Assembly (NCBI GenBank): GCA_965140445.1
Contig: OZ223236.1
Coordinates: forward strand, 1,120,001-1,184,000
DNA from: Candidatus Ozemobacteraceae bacterium
GTDB taxonomy: Bacteria > Muiribacteriota > Ozemobacteria > Ozemobacterales > Ozemobacteraceae
Reading direction: 5' to 3'
Length of the DNA stretch: 64,000 nucleotides
Part shown: piece by piece, positions 18,535 through 27,207 of the stretch
Layout: each line of letters begins with the position of its first letter
Position numbering within the stretch: position 1 is the stretch's first letter
The notes under the pieces: model-generated
Databases searched by the model: none
Told to the model about the DNA's origin: nothing
What the model saw: only the letters and a program-made list of their open reading frames with translations
Translations under genes and position numbers: made by a program

Positions 18535-19629
18535 ATGAAAGTAAAAATTCTTTTTTTTGTAATACTTCTAGGTTTCGCCTCCCTTAATTGTTGGGCTGAA
18601 GTGGCTTCAGAGACTATCAAAGGCGCACATTCTTTTTCTATTGTAGATGCTTTAAATCGAAAAATTGAATTGAAAAGTGCACCTGAAAAAATCATAGTGG
18701 CAGGAAAAGCTGGTTTTATGATTACCAATGCAGCTTTTCTGTTTCCTTCAGCTTCTGACAAACTGATTGGGTATTCCAAAACCTATCAAATGAAAGATTT
18801 GGAATCATTTTTCAAAATGGTTGATGATAGATATGATGAAAAGCAATTGATTGATCACAATGTTGGGATAGAGCAAATTGCTGCAATGAATCCTGATCTT
18901 GTTCTAATGAAGACATTTGAGTCTTCAAAGTTTCAGAAAGGCTTTGAGCAATTAGGAATTCCAGTTGCATTTTTTGATATGGAAACCCCGGAAAAGTTTC
19001 TTAAGGAAATTCACGTTCTCGGAGAGATTTTTGGGAATAAAAAGCAAAGCACGAAGATCGTAGATTTTTATGAAAAGTGGCAAAAGATAATCGGAGAAGC
19101 TGTTTCTGCAATTCCAGCTGAAAAAGAAAAGTTAAATGTTCTGCATATTTTTTACTCTGATCGAGGCGGTTCTGTTTCATTTAATGTTGCTCCAGATAGC
19201 TGGATACAGATCAAATTGATAACTATGGCTGGCGGAAATCCAGTTTGGAAAAACTCTAATCCTGGTGGCGGCTGGCTGGTTGTTGGATTTGATCAGATTG
19301 CTGCATGGGACCCTGACATTGTTCTGGTGACTTCATACTTTGGAGACCTGGTTCAGGCAAAAGCAAATTTAGCGGATAACAATTTTTGGAAACTGCTAAA
19401 GGCAGTAGAAAACAAGCATATTTATGCTGTACCAGAAGATTTTTTGAGTTGGGATCAGCCGGATTCACGATGGATTTTGGGGCTATTTTGGATGGCAACA
19501 AAATTCTCTCCAGAAGCGGCAAAAATTCTTAATGGTAAGTTCAACGAAATCTATACCGAATTTTATCACCTATATGGATTACGAGAAGACCAGATTGCAG
19601 AAATCAAGATTAAGGGGGATATTTTCTGA
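18535..19629 (+). CDS. ABC transporter substrate-binding protein (iron-chelate/cobalamin class)
   Basis: Signal peptide, VDALNRKIEL, EQIAAMNPDLV, WDPD, LKAVENKHIY; followed by permease and ATPase. Confidence 0.88.
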   Translation: MKVKILFFVILLGFASLNCWAEVASETIKGAHSFSIVDALNRKIELKSAPEKIIVAGKAGFMITNAAFLFPSASDKLIGYSKTYQMKDLESFFKMVDDRYDEKQLIDHNVGIEQIAAMNPDLVLMKTFESSKFQKGFEQLGIPVAFFDMETPEKFLKEIHVLGEIFGNKKQSTKIVDFYEKWQKIIGEAVSAIPAEKEKLNVLHIFYSDRGGSVSFNVAPDSWIQIKLITMAGGNPVWKNSNPGGGWLVVGFDQIAAWDPDIVLVTSYFGDLVQAKANLADNNFWKLLKAVENKHIYAVPEDFLSWDQPDSRWILGLFWMATKFSPEAAKILNGKFNEIYTEFYHLYGLREDQIAEIKIKGDIF

Positions 19630-20642
19630 AAAAGCTCTCCCCGAAAACAGGACTCCCAAATTTTAGAGTCCATTTTTTTGTATTACTTATTGTGCTGGTT
19701 GGTTTAATGTTTTTTTCAGCTTTGATTGGAAGATATCCTGATAGCGGCTGGGTTTCGCCGGGATTACTTGAAACTAACAAAATGGCACAAAACATTGTTT
19801 GGAATATAAGAACCCCAAGAATAATAGTCGCAGTTTTGTTGGGAATGAGCCTGGCTGTTTCCGGAAATGTAATGCAAATGATTTTTGGGAATCCTCTTGT
19901 AAATCCCGGCTTTTTGGGAGTTTCCCAGGGTGCAGCTTTTGGAGCAGCTTTATGTATTTTGTATTTTGGAAATTCAGCGTTTTCTATACAGCTTGTTTCT
20001 GCTCTATTTGCATGTTTAGGTCTTGCAATATCTTATTACATTGCATGGAAAATTAAGTTTGGTTCCTGGATTCTCCGGCTTATTCTCTCTGGAATCTCGG
20101 TTTCTGCCATTTTTGCTTCAATGCTTGGACTAATGAAATTCATTGCAGATCCAACCCACCAGCTTTCAGAAATAACTTTCTGGCTTCTGGGGGGATTGAG
20201 TGCAATCTCATGGGACGAAGTTTTTCGCATTTTACCTGTCGTACTCCCATCTTTGGTTATTGTTTACCTTTTTAGATGGAGATTAAATCTGCTTGCGCTG
20301 AAAGAGTCTTCAGCTTTTTCGCTGGGTGTTTCAGTAAATTTTGAACGATTCTGTTTACTTGGACTGGCTGTCCTTATGTCAGCAGCAGTAACTGCTGTGG
20401 CTGGTTTGGTCGGTTGGGTGGGACTTATTGTTCCGCATCTTTCCAGAAGAATTTTTGGTGCAGATGCTAATTTTTCTGTTCCTGGAAGTATTTTGCTTGG
20501 TGGAATAATCGTTTTGGCATGTGATGACTTTTGTCGAACAATTTTTCCCGGCGAAATTCCTCTTGGAATAGCAACGTCTCTTGTTGGCGCGATAGCTTTT
20601 CTGGTAATCATGACTACTGGAAACAGAATCACGAAAGAGTAA
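19626..20642 (+). CDS. FecCD/BtuC-family ABC permease
   Basis: IRTPRI, NPL..P..LGVS.GA, WLLGGL, VGLIVPH, GEIPLG; start is CTG 19626 or GTG 19692. Confidence 0.9.
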   Translation: MKKLSPKTGLPNFRVHFFVLLIVLVGLMFFSALIGRYPDSGWVSPGLLETNKMAQNIVWNIRTPRIIVAVLLGMSLAVSGNVMQMIFGNPLVNPGFLGVSQGAAFGAALCILYFGNSAFSIQLVSALFACLGLAISYYIAWKIKFGSWILRLILSGISVSAIFASMLGLMKFIADPTHQLSEITFWLLGGLSAISWDEVFRILPVVLPSLVIVYLFRWRLNLLALKESSAFSLGVSVNFERFCLLGLAVLMSAAVTAVAGLVGWVGLIVPHLSRRIFGADANFSVPGSILLGGIIVLACDDFCRTIFPGEIPLGIATSLVGAIAFLVIMTTGNRITKE

Positions 20643-20643
20643 A

Positions 20644-21414
20644 GTGAATATGCTTAGTTTTAAAAAAGTAAAATTTGGGTATCCAGGAGCTATGAAACTG
20701 GTGCTGAACGACTTTAACCTAAATATTCAGCCCGGTAGCGTTACTGCTATTCTTGGACCAAATGGAACTGGTAAAACTACTATGCTGATGCTTTCATTAG
20801 GCTGGCTAAAGCCAGAAAGTGGCGAAATTTGTCTGCTTGGAAATCCCATTTCCAAAATAGATCGAAAGGAACTTGGACAAAAAATTAGCTTGGTTCCACA
20901 GTTTGAGCACCTGAGTTTTGACTATACTTTATTAGAATACGTGGTTCTTGGAAGAGCACCATATTTGGGACTTTTACAGTCCCCAACCCAGGAAGATCTT
21001 AATGTTGCTAATGCAGCTCTTGAAAGAGTAGGAATGGGGCAATATTCCCATAAACTTGTTCAAGAGCTCAGTGGGGGAGAAAAACAGCTGGTTTTGCTGG
21101 CAAGGGCTTTGGCTCAGGATACTGAAATTGTCCTCCTCGATGAACCAACCTCCCATCTGGATATAAAAAATAAATCCCGGTTACTTAAAATTTTGAAAGA
21201 GCTTATCTCAGAAAATAAAACCATAATTTTGACTACCCATGAGCCAGATGTGGCATCAATGATTGCAACAGATTTAATTCTTGTAAAAGATGGGCAGGTT
21301 GAAAAACATGGAAAAATCAATGAGGTTATGACAACTGAGAATCTTTCAAGTGTTTACGGCCTGGAAGTTATTGTGGAACATTGTTGGGGACATAAGGTTT
21401 TTCTCTGGAATTAG
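20644..21414 (+). CDS. ABC transporter ATP-binding protein (FepC/BtuD-like)
   Basis: GPNGTGKT, LSGGEKQ, LLDEPTSHLD. Confidence 0.93.
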   Translation: MNMLSFKKVKFGYPGAMKLVLNDFNLNIQPGSVTAILGPNGTGKTTMLMLSLGWLKPESGEICLLGNPISKIDRKELGQKISLVPQFEHLSFDYTLLEYVVLGRAPYLGLLQSPTQEDLNVANAALERVGMGQYSHKLVQELSGGEKQLVLLARALAQDTEIVLLDEPTSHLDIKNKSRLLKILKELISENKTIILTTHEPDVASMIATDLILVKDGQVEKHGKINEVMTTENLSSVYGLEVIVEHCWGHKVFLWN

Positions 21415-21565
21415 TGCCCGGCTTGAGATAATTTTAAACTGATAAGTGAACGTAAAGTTTTGTAAAGCATGCTTTAAAAGCCATAAAAGGGCAAGTTTGC
21501 CTTGCGCTGTTACGTGTACATTGCTATCATTGTAGATAACAGCAAGCAATCTCAGGAGAAAAAAT

Positions 21566-23305
21566 ATGGTTAATCAAATTCATAAAAGGTCTGGTGTAGC
21601 ACTCTTTTTCACTATATGTACAATCGTAGTGATAAGCGTTATAGTCTATGGAATGGTCTTTTTCATGCGTGGAGAAGTTCACCATTCTCAGAGCTATGTT
21701 GATTCAACCGTTGCTTTGATGCTTGCTGAAGCAGGAGTTGAAGAAACTCTTTTTACTGTAAAAAGTCAGATGAACGATCCTGAAAATGCTTTTTACAAAC
21801 TTATCACCGAAGCGGATGAAGGATCAGTTGACGTAGATCTTTCCAGAATTTCAAATGGCTCTGAAGGAGTTGCTCCGCTGATGAAAGGCGGTAGTGTAAA
21901 GGCAAAATTGACCTGGAAACTTGATCAAAAGGCTTTTCTGGATTTGGTTTCCAAAGGTGTCCCCAAAGAAATTGCACGCCAGGGAACTGTTGTAATTAAT
22001 TCCATGGGTGTTTTTCATAAAAGCAAAAAACAGGTTGAAGTAAAAAAAGAATTGAAAGCGATGCTCGTAAAAGGACCTGTTTCAGAAAACTCCCTTGGTA
22101 TGATTGCTCCAGATCATGGACTTTTTCTAAATGCAGCACACCACGATTCTTTTAAAATTGAATCTTTCGACTTTTGGGATCCATGGGGATTTATAGTTAA
22201 GGGCGGAAAAGCCTACATGAAAAATGGTGAAAAGGTCGATTTGCCTAAATGGTTGATGTTAACAAAAATGAAGGGCGAACTTGATCATCCTTGGCTTGAC
22301 ATGGGAATTGGCTGGACTGGATGGAACGGTGGAGCGGATTTTACTGACACTGAACTTGAGTTTACCAAAGACCCCATTACTCGTCAGTATTATAAGTGGC
22401 AGGGAATTTTCCATTGGCCCTGGTGGCAAAAGACCGCTGCTGAAAAATACCATTCAAAAACTCAGCAGGTTGAAGAATATGATAGTAAAAAAATTAACCT
22501 TTACACAGCTGATGTGTATAAGAGACTTGCAAACAGGGTTGTTGACCCTGAAGCCAATCCGTCACAGGGTAAGTTTTTCACTGATGTAAATTTTGTTGAG
22601 GCTTTCGGCCGAAACGAAGTTACCTATAAAAAAGTTGTGCCCCTCTACGGATGGGGAGATTGGAGAGCTGTTCCAAATAAATATAGCCGATGGTTTGGAA
22701 ATCCTACAAAAGCTCACGATACTTCTCGTGCTGTAGAAATCAACGGTTTAACCTACATTAAGGGCGATGTCTACCTCGAGGGATGGGTTAAAGGTAAAGG
22801 CTTACTTGTAGTTGAAGGTAACATATATGTTGGTGGTGACGTTTTAACTTTGCCAGATGATGCGGGTCGTGAGTCCTCAGTCGGAATTATTGCCCTTAGA
22901 GACAAGACATGGGATACTTCTGTTGAGAATCCTAAGACTGGGAAAATTATTTATAAACCTCATCATGACAGTGATTGGTCAAGATTCAATCTTACCCACC
23001 CATTTAGAAATTTAAGTCCAAGGCTTGAGGGATGCTTCCATGCAGAGGGCGGATTAGAACTTGAAACTGACTCTTCAATGAAAAAGCTTTGTAACATGGA
23101 TATTGTGGGGAATCTTTCTGTTGATTACTTTGATCGAAGAAGAATGCCAAATGATATTCGAATTACTTACTATGATTGGCAGAAAACCCTTGAGAGATCT
23201 GACTATGATTACACTGTTGATCGTAAAATCGATTATACCAAGCTTTATGAGCTTGCCATTCAAAAGGAAATGCTCAGCTGGAAAGAAGTTGACGCAACTT
23301 TATAG
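21566..23305 (+). CDS. Large PilX-like minor pilin/pseudopilin
   Basis: KRSG|VAL hydrophobic N-terminus and A.MLAEAGVE PilX-N motif; late beta-strand GLTYIKGDV..KGLLVVEGNI segment. Confidence 0.6.
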   Translation: MVNQIHKRSGVALFFTICTIVVISVIVYGMVFFMRGEVHHSQSYVDSTVALMLAEAGVEETLFTVKSQMNDPENAFYKLITEADEGSVDVDLSRISNGSEGVAPLMKGGSVKAKLTWKLDQKAFLDLVSKGVPKEIARQGTVVINSMGVFHKSKKQVEVKKELKAMLVKGPVSENSLGMIAPDHGLFLNAAHHDSFKIESFDFWDPWGFIVKGGKAYMKNGEKVDLPKWLMLTKMKGELDHPWLDMGIGWTGWNGGADFTDTELEFTKDPITRQYYKWQGIFHWPWWQKTAAEKYHSKTQQVEEYDSKKINLYTADVYKRLANRVVDPEANPSQGKFFTDVNFVEAFGRNEVTYKKVVPLYGWGDWRAVPNKYSRWFGNPTKAHDTSRAVEINGLTYIKGDVYLEGWVKGKGLLVVEGNIYVGGDVLTLPDDAGRESSVGIIALRDKTWDTSVENPKTGKIIYKPHHDSDWSRFNLTHPFRNLSPRLEGCFHAEGGLELETDSSMKKLCNMDIVGNLSVDYFDRRRMPNDIRITYYDWQKTLERSDYDYTVDRKIDYTKLYELAIQKEMLSWKEVDATL

Positions 23306-23315
23306 TTCTTAAATG

Positions 23316-23354
23316 TTAACCCCACCGTTTTAAATGGTGGGGTTAATTTTTTTT
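23316..23354 (+). terminator. Rho-independent terminator
   Basis: TTAACCCCACC...GGTGGGGTTAA followed by T8. Confidence 0.85.
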
Positions 23355-23412
23355 AGGCGCTTAATTGTTTGCTTTTATTGAATTCTATTTATTGCTGGAA
23401 TATTATCGAATC

Positions 23413-24915
23413 ATGAGCAACAAACGCGGATTTTTTTTATTGCGGATTATTCCTAAAACACTTTTAGGAAGGATTTTCTGGGGAACTTTTTTTGTTTCTT
23501 TTGCTTCGATTTTGATTATCGGCTCCTGGTTTTACTTTAGGGTCTATTCAGCATTAGATAATGAGGCTACCTCTCGTCTTGGAAATGTTGCTAATTTAAT
23601 TTCCATTAATGTTAAGACTATCTCTGAAGATCAAACTAGTGATGTTTCGGAATCTCAAAGATTTGACGAGCTTTCTGGAATAGTAAACAATAGTGGCGGA
23701 TGGCTTCAAAATATTTATTGGATCGATCTTTCGAAGAAAAAACCCAGATTTATAGCATCATTTTCCGCTAATATAAAAAACAGAAAATCAATGGTGCCAC
23801 CAACGGCCGAAGAAGCAGAAGATATTATTTATGACCACATAAATGACCTTGAAAGAGGAGAGATTGTTTTTCCAGATCCTTATTCTTATAGCGCTTCAAG
23901 AAGATTTAAAATGGTTTTGATCCCTTTTCTTGATTCTTTTCAGATGCTTGATACAGTTGTGGGAATCGAGGCTGACATGCAGTATTTAAATATTTTCATG
24001 AAGCTTAGAGGGCACATCCTGGAGGCTTTATTACTTACTTTTTTCCTCAGCATTTTGATTTCATTCGTATTGGCTTCAAATCTAAATTCTAAGATTTTAA
24101 GCCTGCTTAAAGAGTTATCAATAGTTGAAGAGGGAAAAATACCTGAAATAAATGACTTGAGGGTTCAAGAATTGAACATGCTTCAAAAGGGTATTGTTGA
24201 ATTAGGGCAAAGAATCGAGGATAGGAAAATCCAGCTAAAAGAAGTTTATGAAAGCAAATTTGAGGATCTTAGCTTAATGGGTGGAGCTATTGCTCACGAA
24301 ATAAGAAATCCGCTGTCTGCTATTGAGATGCATTTTGGCTTAATCAGAAGAGTTTTTAAAAAAGCAGAAATAGCTGAACCAGAATCTGTTTTTGAAGTTG
24401 CTGAACAATTGAATAATTTGAAAGCCTTGATTGAGAAGTTTTTAAGTTATACAAGGCGCATTGAGACTGAACTGGAAAAAATTCCATTTAAAGAAGCTAT
24501 TGAGCAAGTTGCTAAAAGCATTAATTGTGAGGGAAAGTGGAGCTTTAAAGTTGATGCTCCGGAAACTGAAACAGTTCTCATGGATAAATCAATGTTTAAG
24601 CAAATCTTTGAAAACCTTTTCAAGAATTCGATAGAAGCTTCAACTGGGGAAATAGAGATAAAAGCTTCATTAAGTAGAAAAGAAAATGTTTCTATTATTC
24701 GTTTTGCGGACAATGGAACAGGAATTCCTGAAAATGTTCAAAAGCAATTGTTTATGCCTTTTATAACAGGTAAAAAAAATGGGAATGGCATTGGGCTCAC
24801 CTTAATTCGAAAATTTGTAGAAGCTCATCGAGGAAAAATCTATCTTGATGATAAAACAGATAGTGGTACAGTGTTTGTAATTGAGGTTCCAAAAAATGAA
24901 AATCCTGATTGTTGA
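23413..24915 (+). CDS. Membrane sensor histidine kinase
   Basis: Two TM segments; H-box IAHEIRNPL, N-box NLFKNS, DNGTG, F.PF.T, GNGIGL. Confidence 0.93.
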   Translation: MSNKRGFFLLRIIPKTLLGRIFWGTFFVSFASILIIGSWFYFRVYSALDNEATSRLGNVANLISINVKTISEDQTSDVSESQRFDELSGIVNNSGGWLQNIYWIDLSKKKPRFIASFSANIKNRKSMVPPTAEEAEDIIYDHINDLERGEIVFPDPYSYSASRRFKMVLIPFLDSFQMLDTVVGIEADMQYLNIFMKLRGHILEALLLTFFLSILISFVLASNLNSKILSLLKELSIVEEGKIPEINDLRVQELNMLQKGIVELGQRIEDRKIQLKEVYESKFEDLSLMGGAIAHEIRNPLSAIEMHFGLIRRVFKKAEIAEPESVFEVAEQLNNLKALIEKFLSYTRRIETELEKIPFKEAIEQVAKSINCEGKWSFKVDAPETETVLMDKSMFKQIFENLFKNSIEASTGEIEIKASLSRKENVSIIRFADNGTGIPENVQKQLFMPFITGKKNGNGIGLTLIRKFVEAHRGKIYLDDKTDSGTVFVIEVPKNENPDC

Positions 24916-26296
24916 CGACAATGAATCCCTTGCCAGAGGGCTGAATATTTTTTTGAAAGATGAGGGGCATTTGCCAGAGCTTGCATTTTCAGTGGCTGAA
25001 GGAAAGCGGAAAATTGATGAGTTTGAATTTGATCTTGTTATTACGGACCTGAAATTGCCTGACGGAGATGGAATTGAGATAGTAAAAAAAACTCGGGATT
25101 TACTAATAACGCCACTTCCAGATGTTATATTAATGACGGCTTTTGGTTCTATTGAAACGGCGGTAGATGCAATTAAACTTGGCGCTACAGATTACCTTAC
25201 AAAGCCTGTTTCCATGGAAGAGTTTGCTTTCAGAATCAATCGAATTGACGAATTTAGGAGCATGGAAAGTAGAAACCTTTCACTATTAAGAGTCAGAGAA
25301 AGCTTACTTGAGGAGTCTGGTCTTGATGATTCCCTGGGAAAAATTTCTGGTGAATCTAATGCAATCAATGAAGTTAAAGACATTATTAAGAAAGTAGCAG
25401 GTTTTCCTTCAACCGTTTTAATCTCTGGCGAGACAGGTTCTGGGAAAGAAATGGTTGCAAAGGCTTTACACACGCTTTCTCCATGGAAGGATGGGCCCTT
25501 TGTTAGAGTGAATTGTGCATCAATACCCTCAACCTTATTTGAATCAGAGTTATTTGGACACGAAAAAGGCTCTTTCACTGATGCAAAAAGCCAAAGAATT
25601 GGAAGATTTGAAGCTGCTGAGGGAGGTACCTTATTTTTGGACGAAGTAGGTGAAATTCCTCTGGAGGTTCAGGCTAAAATGCTCAGGGCACTCCAGGAAA
25701 AAGAGATTAACAGAGTTGGAAGCTCAACTCCAATAAAGGTTAAAGCCAGAATTGTTACTGCTACAAATCGAGACCTGGAAAAAATGGTGTCAGATGGAAT
25801 GTTTAGAGAAGATCTGCTGTACAGACTTTCGGTGGTAAAGATAAATATTCCTGCTTTGCGGGAACGAAAAACAGATATTCCTATCTTATGCAGCCATTTA
25901 TTGAAAAGTCTTGGCTCTGAATTAGGGAAAGTTGGAGTTTCAATTTCAAGAAAGGCAATGCAAGGGCTCATTGCTCAGGATTGGCCAGGAAATATTAGAC
26001 AATTAAAAAACCTTTTGGAAAGGGCTATGGTCCTTTCTACAGGAGAAATTTTGGAAATGGAAGATTTTGAATTTAGATCTTCCAATAATATGATTATTAA
26101 TGATCCTTCTGAGAACTCAGTTATAAATCTTTCTGAGGGATTAATTGAATCACTTGAGAGAATAGAGAAAGAAATGATCTTGTCTGCATTATCTCAGTCT
26201 GGTGGAGTTAAAAGCAAAGCTGCAGAAATTTTGAAAATACCCAGAACACAGCTTCTTTATAGACTCAAGCGTCTTGGTTTGGAAGAAGAGAAATAA
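24896..26296 (+). CDS. Sigma54-dependent response regulator (NtrC/AtoC family)
   Basis: Receiver (VDD, TDLKLP, KP), GETGSGKE, ESELFGHEKGSFTDA, LFLDE, WPGNIRQL, Fis-type HTH. Confidence 0.95.
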   Translation: MKILIVDDNESLARGLNIFLKDEGHLPELAFSVAEGKRKIDEFEFDLVITDLKLPDGDGIEIVKKTRDLLITPLPDVILMTAFGSIETAVDAIKLGATDYLTKPVSMEEFAFRINRIDEFRSMESRNLSLLRVRESLLEESGLDDSLGKISGESNAINEVKDIIKKVAGFPSTVLISGETGSGKEMVAKALHTLSPWKDGPFVRVNCASIPSTLFESELFGHEKGSFTDAKSQRIGRFEAAEGGTLFLDEVGEIPLEVQAKMLRALQEKEINRVGSSTPIKVKARIVTATNRDLEKMVSDGMFREDLLYRLSVVKINIPALRERKTDIPILCSHLLKSLGSELGKVGVSISRKAMQGLIAQDWPGNIRQLKNLLERAMVLSTGEILEMEDFEFRSSNNMIINDPSENSVINLSEGLIESLERIEKEMILSALSQSGGVKSKAAEILKIPRTQLLYRLKRLGLEEEK

Positions 26297-26330
26297 AAAA
26301 AAGCGATCGACAAGCGATCGCTTTTTTTTT
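26294..26330. terminator. Bidirectional intrinsic terminator
   Basis: A8-GCGATCG-ACAAG-CGATCGC-T9 between convergent genes. Confidence 0.88.
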
Positions 26331-26340
26331 GTTTTTGATT

Positions 26341-26937
26341 CTATAAAGACATAATTTTTTGATAGTTTGCTTCGATTTTTTTCATCGCTTCGGCTGATAG
26401 CTTTTCAACCTCTGCTTTTACTTCTCGTTTCATATTTTCATAAGCTTCTTTGACTCTTTCCTGATCAGCCGTATCAAGTTTCTGTATTCTTGCCATTAAC
26501 TTTTCTTCTTTTTTTTGCGAATTTTCTATCATTTTCTGTTTTCTGTTAGCGATGTTGGTTTTAAATTTGTTGTATCTTTCGGTTGCTTTGGCTTTTCTTT
26601 CAGCTATTTTTTCTTGTCTCTTTGCGGCTATCTCTGCAGATTTTTCCTGAGCTTTTTCGTTTTCAACATTGGCATTGGAGTTTTGCACTCTCTCTGAAAT
26701 TTTGGAAATTCTCTCATCTGATTTTGCTAACTTCTGATTTAGTTTTTCAAATCTAGTCCGAATTTTTTCCAGAATTTTTGCTTTTCTAGCTTCCATTTTG
26801 CTTAGAAGATCTCCAACGCTAACTTGTTTTTTGCCTTTTTTTGCTTTTGTTTTTTCTTTTTCCTGCTCTGCATAGGTTGCTGAAAGCGCGCTAAGAAGAA
26901 ATACGATCGCCATAACTATCAGTGAATATTTTTTCAT
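26341..26937 (-). CDS. Secreted Lys/Glu-rich alpha-helical (coiled-coil) protein
   Basis: GGAGG RBS, signal peptide (TYA-E); mature part is highly charged and lacks Pro, Cys and Trp. Confidence 0.85.
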   Translation of the reverse strand: MKKYSLIVMAIVFLLSALSATYAEQEKEKTKAKKGKKQVSVGDLLSKMEARKAKILEKIRTRFEKLNQKLAKSDERISKISERVQNSNANVENEKAQEKSAEIAAKRQEKIAERKAKATERYNKFKTNIANRKQKMIENSQKKEEKLMARIQKLDTADQERVKEAYENMKREVKAEVEKLSAEAMKKIEANYQKIMSL

Positions 26938-26976
26938 TTGGGAACCCTCCAGTTAAATTATAGATATTTATTACTT

Positions 26977-26993
26977 TGCAAGCCCTGTGCCAA
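26977..26993 (-). promoter_or_regulatory. Sigma54 -24/-12 promoter
   Basis: Minus strand TTGGCACAGGGCTTGCA fits YTGGCAC-N5-TTGCW, 40 bp upstream of the ATG at 26937. Confidence 0.9.
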
Positions 26994-27056
26994 AATTGCC
27001 AACCCAACTGTAATAAGCTCTATAAAAGAAAAGTATTAGATTCATTACAATTTCTC

Positions 27057-27135
27057 TGTCAAAATATTGACGCAATCACTAATGAATTTACTGTCAAAAA
27101 TTTGACGTTCAACATTTTTTGTCAAACTTTTGACA
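27057..27135. promoter_or_regulatory. Three palindromic enhancer-like (UAS) sites, TGTCAA-N4-TTGACR
   Basis: TGTCAAAATATTGACG (27057-27072), TGTCAAAAATTTGACG (27092-27107), TGTCAAACTTTTGACA (27120-27135). Confidence 0.8.
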
Positions 27136-27207
27136 ATCAAAATTAATTTCAGCAAATCAATTTGCCGATAGTTTTACTGGAAAACCATTTGAATTGGGAA
27201 AATAGTC

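Noticed and set aside
27057..27135. Three 16-bp repeats as a mini-CRISPR or as sigma70 -35 boxes
   Set aside because: Repeats and spacers (19 and 12 bp) are too short, there are no cas genes, and no properly spaced -10; an enhancer interpretation fits better
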